Origin: Octopus bimaculoides
Taxonomy: Eukaryota
Length of the DNA: 63,672 nucleotides
NCBI RefSeq assembly: GCF_001194135.2
Contig: NC_068989.1
Location: forward strand, 65,682,214 to 65,745,885
Direction: 5' to 3'
In this document: positions 12,175 through 25,076 of the stretch, in pieces
How the letters are laid out: every line of letters starts with the position of its first letter
Numbering within the stretch: position 1 is the first letter of the stretch
Notes under the pieces: model-generated
Databases searched by the model: none
What the model saw: the letters and a program-made list of their open reading frames with translations, nothing else
Told to the model about the DNA's origin: nothing
Translations under genes and position numbers: made by a program

Positions 12175-12579
12175 ACACACACACATGCATAATAGTATTC
12201 TATTTGTCGCTCCATTTTGAGTCAAATCTTACAAGTCGATTTCATAAAAAAATAATCTTCCTATGGAAAGAGTAATAAATATTTCATCAGACATATCCGT
12301 TCAAATATGCATAGTATAGACTCTTTCATAACATAAAGTTTTACGGAAACAACTGATCATTGCCAGCTATTCTTTGCTGATCAGCCATGTCTGATTAGTA
12401 AATAATATTTCATTGTTTTGTAATTATATATTAATTAGATATCTACGAAACCGACTGGTAACTTTTGACTGATTCTGACCAAAAAATGATGGTTCTGTAG
12501 TAATTATTACTGTGTTTCCATTACGCTCTTTCTCTTCTGAATTATGAAACCGCATGGAAAAAATATACAGACGCGCGCG

Positions 12580-12622
<43 letters not shown>

Positions 12623-12756
12623 GTACAAATAGCTTCCCAGTTAGATGGATATATATATATATATATAATTAAGTTTCGGTTGAATTAGGTACTTAAGTTG
12701 AGCCACCAAGTCAGTCTGGTATTACCCGTACAGCTCGAAGTAAGGAGAATAAAAAC

Positions 12757-12960
12757 CAAATAAGTAACAAAGATTTCCAGGTATTACTGCATTGCGACTG
12801 TTTCAGGTGGCTCCATTTAATCTGTCAACGCAAGCATTACATCAATTTGGAGAAAGGCGGTGTATTTCAAATTGATGTAATTCTTGCATTGCTCGATCAA
12901 ATGGAGCCGCCAGAAACGTCCGTAATGCACTGACACTTGGATATCTTTGGTAATTATTTG
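12757..12960. repeat. Foldback inverted repeat (arms about 93 bp, 18-nt loop), MITE-like
   Basis: Left arm ...ggctccatttaatc...gcaagcattacatcaatttg versus right arm caaattgatgtaattcttgc...gatcaaatggagcc...; loop 12850-12867. Confidence 0.8.
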
Positions 12961-12984
12961 CTTTATATATATATATGTATACAT

Positions 12985-13372
12985 TTCTTTTATTCTTCTA
13001 TTCTTTTACTTGTATCAGTAATTTGACTATGGCCATGCTGGAACACCATCTTTAGTTGAACAAATCGACGTCCGGACTTATTCTTCGTAAGCCTCGTACT
13101 TATTCTCTCGTTTTATTTTGCCGAACCGCTAGGTTACGGGGGCGTAAATACGCCAACATCGGTTTCAAGCGATTGTGGGGGGACAAGTACAGACACACAA
13201 ATGCATACATGTGTATATGTATGACGGGCTTTTCCGTCAACCAAATCAGCTCAGAAGGCTTTGGTTGTCCCGAGGCTATAGTAGAAGATACTTGCTCAAG
13301 GTGCCACGCAATGGGACTCTACCCGGAACCATGTGGTTGGGAAGCAAGCTTCTTACCACGCAGCCACTCCTG
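12985..13372 (-). mobile_element. Composite SINE family A, near full length
   Basis: On minus: head caggagtggctgcgtggtaagaagcttgcttcccaaccacatggttccggg, then microsatellite, then tail ending aagtaaaagaatagaagaataaaagaa. Confidence 0.85.
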
Positions 13373-13441
13373 ATCCCATATATATGTTTGTGCGCGCGTG
13401 TGTGTGTGTGTGTGTATTTATATTTACAAAGAGGGAGATGA

Positions 13442-13491
<50 letters not shown>

Positions 13492-15486
13492 GTGTACGTA
13501 TGTACATACATATACGTACGTAAATACATATATATAGATTGAGAGCCAGAAAAAAAGAAAGAGATAAATTGAGAGAGAGAGAAAGAGGGAGGGAGAAAAG
13601 CAATACTGCAGTCTGTTGTCTAGAATAACAATCGTAGTGAAGTTTAAAGAGCACGAAACACTGAAACAAGATTGTTGATGAAGGGACACAAATAAATAAA
13701 CGAAAGGGAGGTAAACAAGTATTATCGAATTAGCGAAGCACTCTCTACATGAAGACAAACTTTTAGTAAACTTATCGAGCAATGAAATGGACTGATAGAT
13801 TGCATTCAAAGATGCAGATAAAAATCATGTACGTATTTCTCCCAACTTATCGGCTTATATTGTAAAGGATATAGAGCAATTCACTACCAACAAAATTCAC
13901 TTAACGAAACATTGAAAAATTCTTTCAGAGTGCTACATTAGCGTCAGACATTTGATCATGTCACAAATAGGTGATCCTAAGACAAACAAACTGTTCTATT
14001 ATAAATGGTATTGATCCTGCATTGTTTGCTGCAAATCGTACCATTATAAGTTAGAAAAACCGAATATGTTATACTTTTTTTCTCTGATAAAATTTCGTAA
14101 CTTAATCGCATATCGTTTCTAAATGCACTTTTTGCTTCATTGAAGGATTTGTAAACTGTGTTTACAATTCTAAGTATAGTAAACACTTAAGAGGTAAAAG
14201 CTATAGTCAATATGTTACCGAATAAGTAGTTAGGATGTCGGCAGATTCTAGAGGGAAACCAGCATCGCGCCATGACTAAGAACACACACGCAAAAAATCC
14301 AAATTTCAAGAGTTTTAAATAGATACTACATTCGGAAAAGGAGTAGATGCATCATTTACTGATACTCCCTTGACAGACTAAATGAATGCAAAGACGTCAT
14401 CCACTGAATTTTAAAATTCTTTGTACAGGTTTGGAAGAAAAGGAGTAACCGTATCGTTCGTTATCATACTCTACATACTCTAAATCAAGATGGAGATTTT
14501 AGAAAAATCCCACACATATTCGGGGTATGGAAACCCCTAAATTGAAATACATTCTAATATAATGCGCAATTTAATTAAATGTTGACAACCGTAATATTGA
14601 TTATCCCTGGATCAGCTCTGATCGAGAATACTAATGATCAACGCGCCCCATCCTTAACAAAATTTTGTCAATTGTATCTTTCCTGCTTTTATTTTAATGT
14701 GTGCAAAATATAATTTTTTGCGAAAGATTTAGATGATGTTACTACATATTCCAAATGTTCCATCTTTCTTTCTGGTGATGATGTTGTTGCCGCTGTTCTC
14801 ATATTTTGCTGCTTCTGTTGTTGTTGTGTTTTTTTTTTCGGCATAACGCTGATCAGCGCTGATCAAGTATAAATATAATCAAAATTTCAAGTGAGGTCAT
14901 TTGCTCTCTTTAATCAAGCAAGGTTATCGGTGACTGCATTCTCAAATGTATTCTTTCATTTTGAGGAATTCTGGACGGCTATTTCTAATGAGCTTGTACA
15001 CGTTTTCTCATTCCTTGTTAAACCGAACATTTAGAGAGATATTTAAAAGAATAAATTATTAATAGGGTATAACCTTTCCCTATCAACACACCAGATTGGT
15101 ATCCACGTATGTCAGTAAACGTTCACAGTAGACCAATATGCTCACCGAAAAAATATCACTATTCTTCACCAGTTCGGAGTTACAATTTTTATCCTAGTTC
15201 CTTATGGAGAGAATTCCTTAGAGGAATGGCCTATTCTCCCATTTTCATTCTAAGATATCTAGGTATAGGAAGTAATTGTGAAAATATACGAGACAGTCCA
15301 GTAAGGGAATTACACATGTATATAAAGCCTGTACTTACATAAAATTAGATATAAATGAACTTACAATGACCGGTGAAGTGTTGTACATGATGTGGTCTCA
15401 CATATTTTGATGGGTGATATTTGAAAGTAAATGAAGCTATTACAGAATACATGGAAAAATTACAGGATACCATTTGCCTGTTATCA

Positions 15487-15707
15487 TACGAGGGCTTGCT
15501 GAAAATTTACTGGCTTTGAGGAAAAGAAAATACACGAAGATCAGTTAATTATGATTCTATTCAACATATTCTCCTCTCAGATCCGCAACCTTATTACAGT
15601 GTTCCTTCAGTTTTCCTAAGCCCTGTAAAAGAACTCAGAATGCTGAACATCTAAACAGGCCTTTCCCGATACCTTTCAAGTCAGGAACTTTTCAGTACCC
15701 GGTCATA
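15487..15707. mobile_element. Mariner-derived MITE (about 220 bp)
   Basis: TA-flanked imperfect 30-bp TIRs: tacgagggcttgctgaaaatttactggctt versus rc of the right end tatgaccgggtactgaaaagttcctgactt. Confidence 0.6.
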
Positions 15708-15945
15708 TAATATACCAGAGTCCAATTGGCCCTGTGGAGACCATATAAGATTTTGCTAAATTTTATCTCAAATTAATAGGTTATACTTCTATAAAGTATA
15801 AAGTATTTTAACAATTTTCTCTATATACAATTCCTAATGATATCTAATCATAAAACTATAATACGATATTTTAAATATTGAATGACTACAGGGCTCAAGT
15901 TGAATAAAATAAGAAGTAAGAAGTGATATAAAAAGGACAATAGAT

Positions 15946-16078
15946 GAACTCATTACTTGAAAACGCTTACAGGTGCTATTCTACCGTTGCACTTCTACAC
16001 ACTTTCAGAAGAAACCATGTAGATTTCAACCTTAGGCATGAAGTACGAAACATCGGAAAGTGAATTAGGTTGTGCATC
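15946..16078 (-). repeat. Unclassified interspersed repeat, inverted homolog of 20454-20667
   Basis: Shared caacctaattcact...catgcctaaggtt...cggtttc/tggtttc...tgaaagtgtg...ctgtaagcgtt...caagtaatgagtt. Confidence 0.65.
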
Positions 16079-16437
16079 TTTCGAGATTACTTCATTGATA
16101 ACAGTTTTATAAACATATGGTTGAGAATCGCTTGTATATATATGCTGCAACAAAAGCAACTGACTATCGCAAAGAATGTGTTGAAAGACATGAATTTGAA
16201 GTACGTCACGATAACAATTTTCAGGTATTTCTTTACTTAGTGAATGTGGTGAAATTCAAGACGCGTATTGTAACCTGATGTTCTTGACAGTTATGTGTCC
16301 GATAAAGAAATCATTCCTAGAAAGCCACATGAGATAGGACAAAATCATACATTGTTAAGAATTTATTTTACAAGTAGAAGGCAAGAAGAAAGATTTCATA
16401 TGAGATTATAATTATTGCAAGTTAATATTCTACACAG

Positions 16438-16471
<34 letters not shown>

Positions 16472-16486
16472 GCACATACACACACG

Positions 16487-16530
<44 letters not shown>

Positions 16531-18569
16531 TATATGAATTCTATTTTAATGTCTTGTGTTTTCTTCTCAGCAATTAATTTGGTGATTAAAGAAACCATTT
16601 ATTACTCTTTTTTCTCAAATGGCGATATTTTTTATACATGCATAATTAATAAAAACAAAAATCGGAAAACATTAGAATTTTATTTCGCAGGGGGACCTCA
16701 AGAAAGAATCGATGAAGCTCTATAAAATCGCATTGTCCATATTTCTAAAAAAAAAACTAAATAAATATATAATATAAAAATTTAAATAATATAATATAAA
16801 AAGATAGAATAATGTTTCAAAAATTATTAATGTTTGTCCTGCAGTTTTATAATGATCAGACCTAAAGGTGTTTTTGATTTTTATGTTTTTGTTGTTTTGC
16901 GAGATTTTCTCGTTGTTGTTGTTGTTGTTGTTTTCTTTTTGTTATTTGTACGTGAAGGGGTGAGAGCTGTGTCACATTTAAAATATTAGCAATATTAAGG
17001 ATGTTGCGAAGTCGTTTCAAACGGAAACAGTAGTTCCGTCTCTTTTAGTTATCATTAGATATTTGCATAGTTTAATGGTGAACACCATTAAAATTGAAGC
17101 ATCATCATCTTCATCATCATTGTCATCATCAGCAGCAGCCATCGAATAACTTCAAAGCGAAGAAATCAGTTATTATAACTCACATGTAAGGACACGTAGC
17201 TAAGTGTCATTATATGCAGATTGAGTCAAACCACATATAAATCAATTAGAACTGTGTTTTCACCCACTCATTCTTCTACGTTCTGATTTCTGTTGGGTTT
17301 CGATGAAAGAAACAAACTTCAAACACATAAATCGCCAAAGATTGTCTGTCTGTGTTTGCTTTGCTTTGATAATTATTTCATAAGAAATTGTATTAATAAT
17401 CATGTTGCGGAGGCATTGTGAAATAAATTTCTCTATGTTGGATGTTATGAGGGACGTATTTAAATATTAAAATGGAAAAAAGTTGTTAAATTCAAAAGTT
17501 GGTCATTATTAACAATCCGAACGTTTTCGCACATTAGTAATATTAGATAACAGACATCAGTAAATTAGAAGAAAATAAGCAACTCGAAATGAAGGAAAAT
17601 AGAATTCAAAGGCTCCTGAAAAACAAAGTCAGTTATGCCGCAACAAACAACTTTGTTTCGACTGACGAAGTTTTCCCTAATTAATAATTTTGAGGAAGAC
17701 GAAATAAGTCACCACGGGATTATTAATAAAACTCTCTAAAATCGTAGCACGTGAATTGACACACTGCACAGAAAACACTGAAATTAGTCGTATATAAAAA
17801 TAAATATCAGTAATAATAATCGATAGAATTAGGATAAAGGAATCAGTCGTCAACAGAAATGTGTGACTGCCAGAGCAAGAAGATTAAGTCTTCTGCTGAC
17901 GACAAATCTCTTCATATATCAAAACAGATAAACGCAACAGCTTCGATTTGAGCATTTAAATATATGCAGCAACTTGCATATTCCATTGTAACTTTTTTTC
18001 GGAATATTGATTCCTTTTCGATAGACAGGAGGCAAATATTTGCCTGATAGTTTGAATAAAATTCATTTTATAACAGCTACACATATTATGGGTCCCCGAC
18101 GGGAAAAAATGCACTGATGACCGAAACGGGATTTTGAGATCAGAAAGTCACACAAAAAGGCAATGAATTAATAGCAATTTTAGAGTGGACGGTGTTTATT
18201 TTGCAGTGTTGATTTCAATTCCCGTCAAGGTCAGTTTCACTTTAGTTAATTTTGGCGATAATACATATACATATCTAGGGCTATAGGCTAGCGGAATCGC
18301 TAGAGCCTCGGACAGAATGCCTTGCTGGTTTTCTTTTGGTTCTTTGCGTTCTGAGTTCTAATTACGCCGTGGCTTACTTCGATGGTCACGTTCACATAAA
18401 TACTTATCCCGTGTGTGCTTTTAGTGGACTCCATATTGTTGTATGCATTCGATCCAGGTCTCCAGTTTGATGTTGCTAAACTCGTAAGTCTTAAAATGGA
18501 CGATGGGCACTACCTCCCCCCCACCAACAGTGAGTCATAAAGAAATAACAATAATGGTAGTAAATAACT

Positions 18570-19075
18570 ATTTTTATATTTTAGCAGAAGTCGAACAACT
18601 TTGCAGGAGAGGGTTAACCTATTTGATCAACCTAGTATTTGACTGCTACTACATATTTTGTCCAATGCGAGAACGATTCTAACAACTCGCTACCTAAACA
18701 ATAATTATAATTTCTAGTTTTGGCACAATGCCAGTAATTATAAGAGAAGATGTTAGTCGATTCAATCTACTCCAGTGTGAAATGGTACTCTATTTATGGA
18801 TCCAGAAAGGATGAAAAGCAATGTTGACTGCATGAGGATTTGATCTTAGAATGTAAAAACCGTAAGAAAAGCCGCTAATTCTATGTATTTTGTCCGACGC
18901 GATATTCAGGCAGCTCAACGCCGTAAGGATTATAGTAGATAATGGTTTCAAATTTTGCCACAAGGCCAGCAAGTTTAGGGGATTGGGTAAGTCGATTACA
19001 TCGATCCCAGTTACTTATTTTGTCGACTCCGAAATGATGAAAGGCAAAGTCGACATCGGCGGAATTTGAACACAC
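18570..19075 (-). mobile_element. Cluster of degenerate SINE family C copies (tRNA head + Nin/Deu-like core)
   Basis: On minus: gttcaaattccgccgatgtcgactttgcctttcatcatttcggagtcgacaaaataagta, plus further partial copies. Confidence 0.6.
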
Positions 19076-19372
19076 AAAGTAAAGACAAAATAATGATAAT
19101 ATTGAATAATAAAAGATATTTATTGTATCTCACTAATAGCTTGGTGTTGTTATTAATATCAATTTCTCATATTAACTTACTGCCGAAATTTATTGTAATT
19201 GTAGAGAATTATTTAATGCATCGTCCTCAGCATATGAGTATTTCTTAAGCGAGTCAAACTGATCACTTGGCCCGCAAGAAATAGCAGCTATGTATTGTTC
19301 AAATCGCACGACATCATATTTAAAAGGGAATAGGATTATGATCATAAATTCCTGAGACGTAGGAAAAGATGG

Positions 19373-19957
19373 GGATCTTTTTTAAAACGGGGGCCACATT
19401 TTTCATTAACGAAACACTTTGAAACTTGGAACACTGGTAGAATGTGTCATATAAAACATCTTTTTCTCTTAGTCTTCTTTAAAAAAAAGAAATCCATAAG
19501 TCATTCCATGTTAAAGTTGTCGTATTTCTGTAATTTCAACCAATCACTGACGTCCATTCAGCCGATATACATTAAGTGCCGACTACATAAACAAACGATT
19601 CTGAAACAATTAACCCTAACCCTAACCCTAACCCTAACCCTAGGGTTAGGATTAGGGTTAGGGTTAAAACAAATTTAAAATGAAAAAAGCAAATAAAACG
19701 AAGGTATGGAGATTAAATACGCTTTACACCGCTTAATGAGTCAAAGGAGTAAATGTAAACAACTGAATACTTGTCAGTGATTGGTTGAAATTATCGAAAT
19801 AAGACAATTTTTTACATGAAATAAATTCGAATACAAAAATATTTTTCTGTTCTATAAAACAAAATAGATAAGTATACGAAGTTTGAAAGTCTTTCCGTAC
19901 CAAAAACACTACGTAAAACATTAATGAAAAATGTGGCCCCCGTTTTAAAATAGATCC
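19373..19957. mobile_element. Non-autonomous TIR element (585 bp) with 8-bp TSD, Merlin-like
   Basis: 39-bp TIRs at 37/39 identity (19373-19411 and 19919-19957) beginning GG; AAAGATGG duplicated at 19365-19372 and 19958-19965; inner IR at about 19505-19562/19762-19820. Confidence 0.85.
19610..19667. repeat. Inverted telomeric-type repeat: (TAACCC)5 abutting (TTAGGG)~4
   Basis: ttaaccctaaccctaaccctaaccctaaccctagggttaggattagggttagggttaa, centred on CCTAGG. Confidence 0.92.
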
Positions 19958-20453
19958 AAAGATGGACTGACCCGGATGGAAATCAACTAAAATTCAGATC
20001 TGTTCTACGAGATTTGACATGGAGCTAAACAAGAACAACAAGAGCAGCAAAAAAAACGACTTAATATATCGATCTCAGCGAAATTTGAGCTCTGAATGAT
20101 AACGAACGTGAATAAATACCATAATGGACTGCTTTTCCGTGTGTGACAATGTTATCCTCAGCTAGGAAAGAATGTGACATGACTGTGAAGCTGCCTCAGT
20201 GGAGTAACGCCTCTGGCTTTCGGTTGAGTACACACATAAAATAGGACAGCTCGACCTGTGGTTTTATAGCTACATCAACCGGAACAACAACTACTACTAC
20301 AACAACAATAACAGCTGTGAAAATGTTTAAAAATAAAAACTCATGCTTCATATTTTGCTCGCCATCACCTGACTTTAAGGAGGTGGATTTGATTACAAGT
20401 ACGATCTAAAGCCCTATATTTATTACACTGTTATCAAGAAGGCTAGCGTGAAA

Positions 20454-20667
20454 GATGAGCAACCTAATTCACTCTCCGGCTTTTCTTATGTCATGCCTAA
20501 GGTTCAGAACTACACGGTTTCTTTTGAAAGTGTGCAGAAGTGCTACCGTGGAATTGAACATGTAAGCATTCTCATGTAATGAGGTTCAGAACTATACGGT
20601 TTCATTTGAAAGTGTGTAGAAGGGCGACTGTGGAATCGTACCTGTAAGCGTTCTCAAGTAATGAGTT
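20454..20667 (+). repeat. Interspersed repeat with an internal 82-bp tandem duplication (20500-20663)
   Basis: aggttcagaacta starts at 20500 and 20582; a single-unit version lies at 15946-16078 on minus. Confidence 0.78.
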
Positions 20668-21559
20668 AATTTGTCGTCCCTTTTAAAGTATGCAAGCGAA
20701 TATTACTCTATTGCAAAAATTAAGCAAAGTCCCCGGTTCTAGACTGTTTTTCTTTCAATCTGCTACCAATCTCGGAGCCACTAAAATACCAATGAGAGCT
20801 TGCACTGAGCTGTCTGTCAAAGTGATAAAAATATTCTAGCGTTATTCAGATATGGCGGAACTCAGAAAGCAAACAAAATATAAAACTTACTAAACAGGGT
20901 CTGTGAGACGTTTTCTAAATTTAATGTAAGTTTATAGTTTATGGGTGTCAATAATACGTAGAACACTAGCATGGAGTGTACACATTTTTCAAGCATCTCC
21001 CTCCATCCATATACATCACTCAATAAATCTTGATTTAATGCTTCAAGAATAAATCAATATAATTAAAAAAATACATGTTGCCTTCTCATATATACCGTTA
21101 AAATACTTAATTAGGTAATATATACATCTAGGAATATATGCACTTATTTATGTAATTAAGATTTCACACAATCATGGCTTATTATTCTTTCTAAATTTTT
21201 TTTTATTCTGGTATGAAATGTAACATCTGTCAATATGTGATTTCATTAAATGTTGAATTATGCTTTTTTATATGATTTTTAATTAAATAATGATATATAC
21301 AACAATATACACGTGTGCGCATGTATATATATATATATATATGTCTTCTCGTTCCTATATATGTACATGCATATANNNNNNNNNNNNNNNNNNNNNNNNN
21401 NNNNNNNNNNNNNNNNNNNNNNNNNNNNNNNNNNNNNNNNNNNNNNATAAATGTATAAATATTCATATATATATATATGTATGCGTGTGTTTGCATATAT
21501 TTATGCATATATGTGTGTAGTATGTATTTATGTGCATAGTATATGTATGTAGGTATATA

Positions 21560-21564
21560 TATAT

Positions 21565-21598
<34 letters not shown>

Positions 21599-21663
21599 TG
21601 ATAGATAGATAGATAGTTAGATAGATAGATAGATAGATATATAGATATAGTGAAAGAGAGAGG

Positions 21664-21733
<70 letters not shown>

Positions 21734-21735
21734 TA
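21560..21735. repeat. (GATA)n microsatellite
   Basis: Long interrupted gata array; similar arrays at about 13441-13490 and 53990-54065. Confidence 0.95.
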
Positions 21736-23818
21736 CATATATATATTCACTACATGTTCTTAATATGCAATTATAATGCATATATGTATATATATATGCT
21801 TATGAATACATATGTTTGTCATTCTTAAATTTCTTAAAGTTCTTATATAAAGTCACATGCTTGTAAAAATGTGTAGCAAAAAGTTCTTTTACGTGAATAT
21901 ATATATATGTATATTTCTTTATTCCTTTCATTTTTATATATGTACATTTAAATGTACACATGTACAGTATGCTAGTATACTTGAATATTTGCATATATAT
22001 GCATGTTTATGTTTCTGATGTTATAGATTTGTTTACCATTTATGTCAAGAACACAAAGTATGTAAATACATATATAAGTAATATATGCAAAAAAAAAGAT
22101 GTACTAAAAAATACAACTTATTGAGTATGCGTACAAGATTAGTTATTGTATTTCTTTCCTTCTTTGAAAAATATAACGAGAAGTTATTAACAGAAAAATT
22201 ATATGTGGTGACAGCTGTCTTTATCTTTAAGAATCAGGTAAGATTTGTTGCGATACAAAATATTGCAGAAAGAAATAAGAAACAAGCATAAAAAAGGAAG
22301 AAAATCGGTAATGCCACAAAGAAACAGCAGTTATTTTCGTTGGACCTAACGTAAAAATATCTACGTGTGATATTCGGCTTAAGAGAGTGTGAAAGGGGTG
22401 CAGTCGGGCGTTGATGTGTGAAGTGGTGTGGAGAGGTCGTGTGTTGTGTGCAGTGGTATGAAGTAGAAAGCAGAGATTGGAAAAGTAAAATAATTCAGAC
22501 CGTATGGAATAAAAATGAGGAATCTTTGGAATGCATAAAGATTTAGCAATATGTAAGCGCAGATGAGGGAAATACTAAGTCTACAACAGAGAAGATATAC
22601 AATATAAAGCAAGAAAATGACAAAGTGAGAGGCAGACTGAGAGAGAGAGAGAAATATTTCAGTGAGAGGAAGTGGTTGAAAGAGACGTACATATATAGAC
22701 TATATAGATAGAAACATAATTATGAACAACTGTTTAAAAGTATTTGTGTGTGATGGGAAGAAAAAGACAGAATGAAATAAATGAAACAGACGAAATGTGG
22801 ACACATCAATTTTCTGGTGCTTTGATGGTTATGTTATTCCCATTTGATAGTTATCACAGCTGTTGTGGTAAAGGAAGCTGTACGGTCAAGAAGACCATTA
22901 GAGAAATATTGGAAACTGATGAGCCATTGTAGGCCGAACATATTAAATTACCCAATGGCAACCGCGTCATTCTGCTAACAGACATTTAAAGATGGATTTT
23001 CTGTGGGATTTTTTGGCTGATTCTTATATTTTTTCGTTTTATTTATTTTGCTTTCTTTCACGTAGCAGCAAGACAGAAGATGCAATTTGACAGTGAGATT
23101 TTGGCATGTCGGAGAAGATTAGGATATTTCACTCAGAAATCATTAAAACAAGGTTTAGAGTTCAAAATCTACACGAAATATACATATACATGCGCACACA
23201 TATACATAATACATATATAATATAATATAATGCATTATATTTATAAGTATGTATGTAGGTATATATATAGAAATATATCTGTTAATATANNNNNNNNNNN
23301 NNNNNNNNNNNNNNNNNNNNNNNNNNNNNNNNNNNNNNNNNNNNNNNNNNNNNNNNNNNNNNNNNNNNNNNNNNNNNNNNNNNNNNNNNNNNNNNNNNNN
23401 NNNNNNNNNNNNNNNNNNNNNNNNNNNNNNNNNNNNNNNNNNNNNNNNNNNNNNNNNNNNNNNNNNNNNNNNNNNNNNNNNNNNNNNNNNNNNNNNNNNN
23501 NNNNNNNNNNNNNNNNNNNNNNNNNNNNNNNNNNNNNNNNNNNNNNNNNNNNNNNNNNNNNNNNNNNNNNNNNNNNNNNNNNNNNNNNNNNNNNNNNNNN
23601 NNNNNNNNNNNNNNNNNNNNNNNNNNNNNNNNNNNNNNNNNNNNNNNNNNNNNNNNNNNNNNNNNNNNNNNNNNNNNNNNNNNNNNNNNNNNNNNNNNNN
23701 NNNNNNNNNNNNNNNNNNNNNNNNNNNNNNNNNNNNNNNNNNNNNNNNNNNNNNNNNNNNNNNNNNNNNNNNNNNNNNNNNNNNNNNNNNNNNNNNNNNN
23801 NNNNNNNNNNNNNNNNNN

Positions 23819-23819
<1 letters not shown>

Positions 23820-23913
<94 letters not shown>
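23820..23913. repeat. (ATT)n microsatellite next to a gap
   Basis: Pure att array. Confidence 0.95.
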
Positions 23914-23915
<2 letters not shown>

Positions 23916-23919
23916 TACT

Positions 23920-24300
23920 AAGGCGGTGAGCTGGCAGAATCGTTAGCACGCTGGGCTAAAGATTCGGAGTCAATTAAATAAATACTACTTACGCACTGGG
24001 GTCGCTGTAATCGATTCAATTTCTTCCTCCAAATTTCAGGCCTTGCCCTTACAGTAGAAATGATTATAATTATTATCACTAAAGCGGTGAGTTGCAGAAT
24101 CTTTAGCACGCCGGTCGAAATCCTTAGCGCCATTTCGTCCGTCGCTACGTTCCGAGTTCAAATTCCGTTGAGGTCGATTTTATGTTTCATTTTTCAATTT
24201 TCGGGCTCAATAAAATGATATAAGTTCAGTACTGGGGTCGATATAATCGAATGTCCTTTCCCCAACAATTTCCAGGCCTCATGCCTATAGTAGAAAGAAT
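23920..24300 (+). mobile_element. Two tandem SINE family C copies (the first internally deleted)
   Basis: Both start aa(g/a)gcggtgag(c/t)tg(g/c)cagaat; the second has gagttcaaattcc and gtactggggtcgat. Confidence 0.8.
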
Positions 24301-24516
24301 TAATATTATTGTTTTACTTCTCAGAATGTTCGGTCTTGTTTGTTCTGGTAGGTTCTGTGAGAGCGGAGAGCAGCTTGCAGTCAGAGACTTTTCACAGAGC
24401 CTCTTTCCGCGCATTTTAAGGTTTGATACTTGGTTGTTAATTATCGTGGGAGACAGTCAGCATTTAAGTACCTTATCATTATTATTATTATCATCATTAT
24501 CATCATCATCATTATT

Positions 24517-24895
24517 GCCTTAACACAGCTTCTAACGCTGGAGATGTATTACAGTAACAGCTATTCACTACCAGTGAATTAAGGTAACACCTCTTATTTT
24601 TCGAGCACCTTCCGGAGTATTCGAGCAGTTACAAGCAGTGTTGTTTTCTGCAAGTGCTCCACCTTTATTGCAGCCCTATTTTTTCCACGTACTTCTCGAG
24701 ATTTTTGCTCACTGTTCCCAGGGCTCCGACAATTATTGGTACTACTGCTACGCTTTTCATCGACCACAACTGCTTAACTTCCCAAGCTAACCTGTCATAT
24801 CTCTCAACTTTTCTTTCTTCCTTATAGCATACCTTGTTGTCAGCTGGGAATGCTATATCTATAATCCAGCATAGTTTGTTTTCTTTCAGTCAGGA

Positions 24896-24897
<2 letters not shown>
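24517..24897 (-). mobile_element. R4/Dong-clade non-LTR retrotransposon 3' end (RLE domain tail)
   Basis: LKENKLCWIIDIAFPADNKVCYKEERKVERYDRLAWEVKQLWSMKSVAVVPIIVGALGTVSKNLEKY, then after a frameshift LQKTTLLVTARILRKVLEK*; flanked on both sides by (TAA/TGA)n. Confidence 0.85.
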
Positions 24898-24983
<86 letters not shown>

Positions 24984-24997
24984 TTATTATTATTATT

Positions 24998-25075
<78 letters not shown>
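24898..25075. repeat. Compound (ATT)n/(ATC)n microsatellite
   Basis: Directly visible. Confidence 0.95.

Positions 25076-25076
<1 letters not shown>

Noticed and set aside
18114-18127. CTGATGA-CC-GAAAC hammerhead core
   Set aside because: Only 2 nt separate the boxes, so helix II cannot form; no helix I was found
18425-18483. Plus-strand GT/AG-bounded mini-exons (also near 14430, 28920, 39728 and 53505)
   Set aside because: Each has one decent splice site or a short open frame, but there is no consistent chain or recognisable protein; expected by chance
19610-19667. Ancestral telomere-telomere chromosome fusion site
   Set aside because: The orientation is CCCTAA then TTAGGG, opposite to a fusion scar; the array is very short and lies inside a TIR element with a TSD
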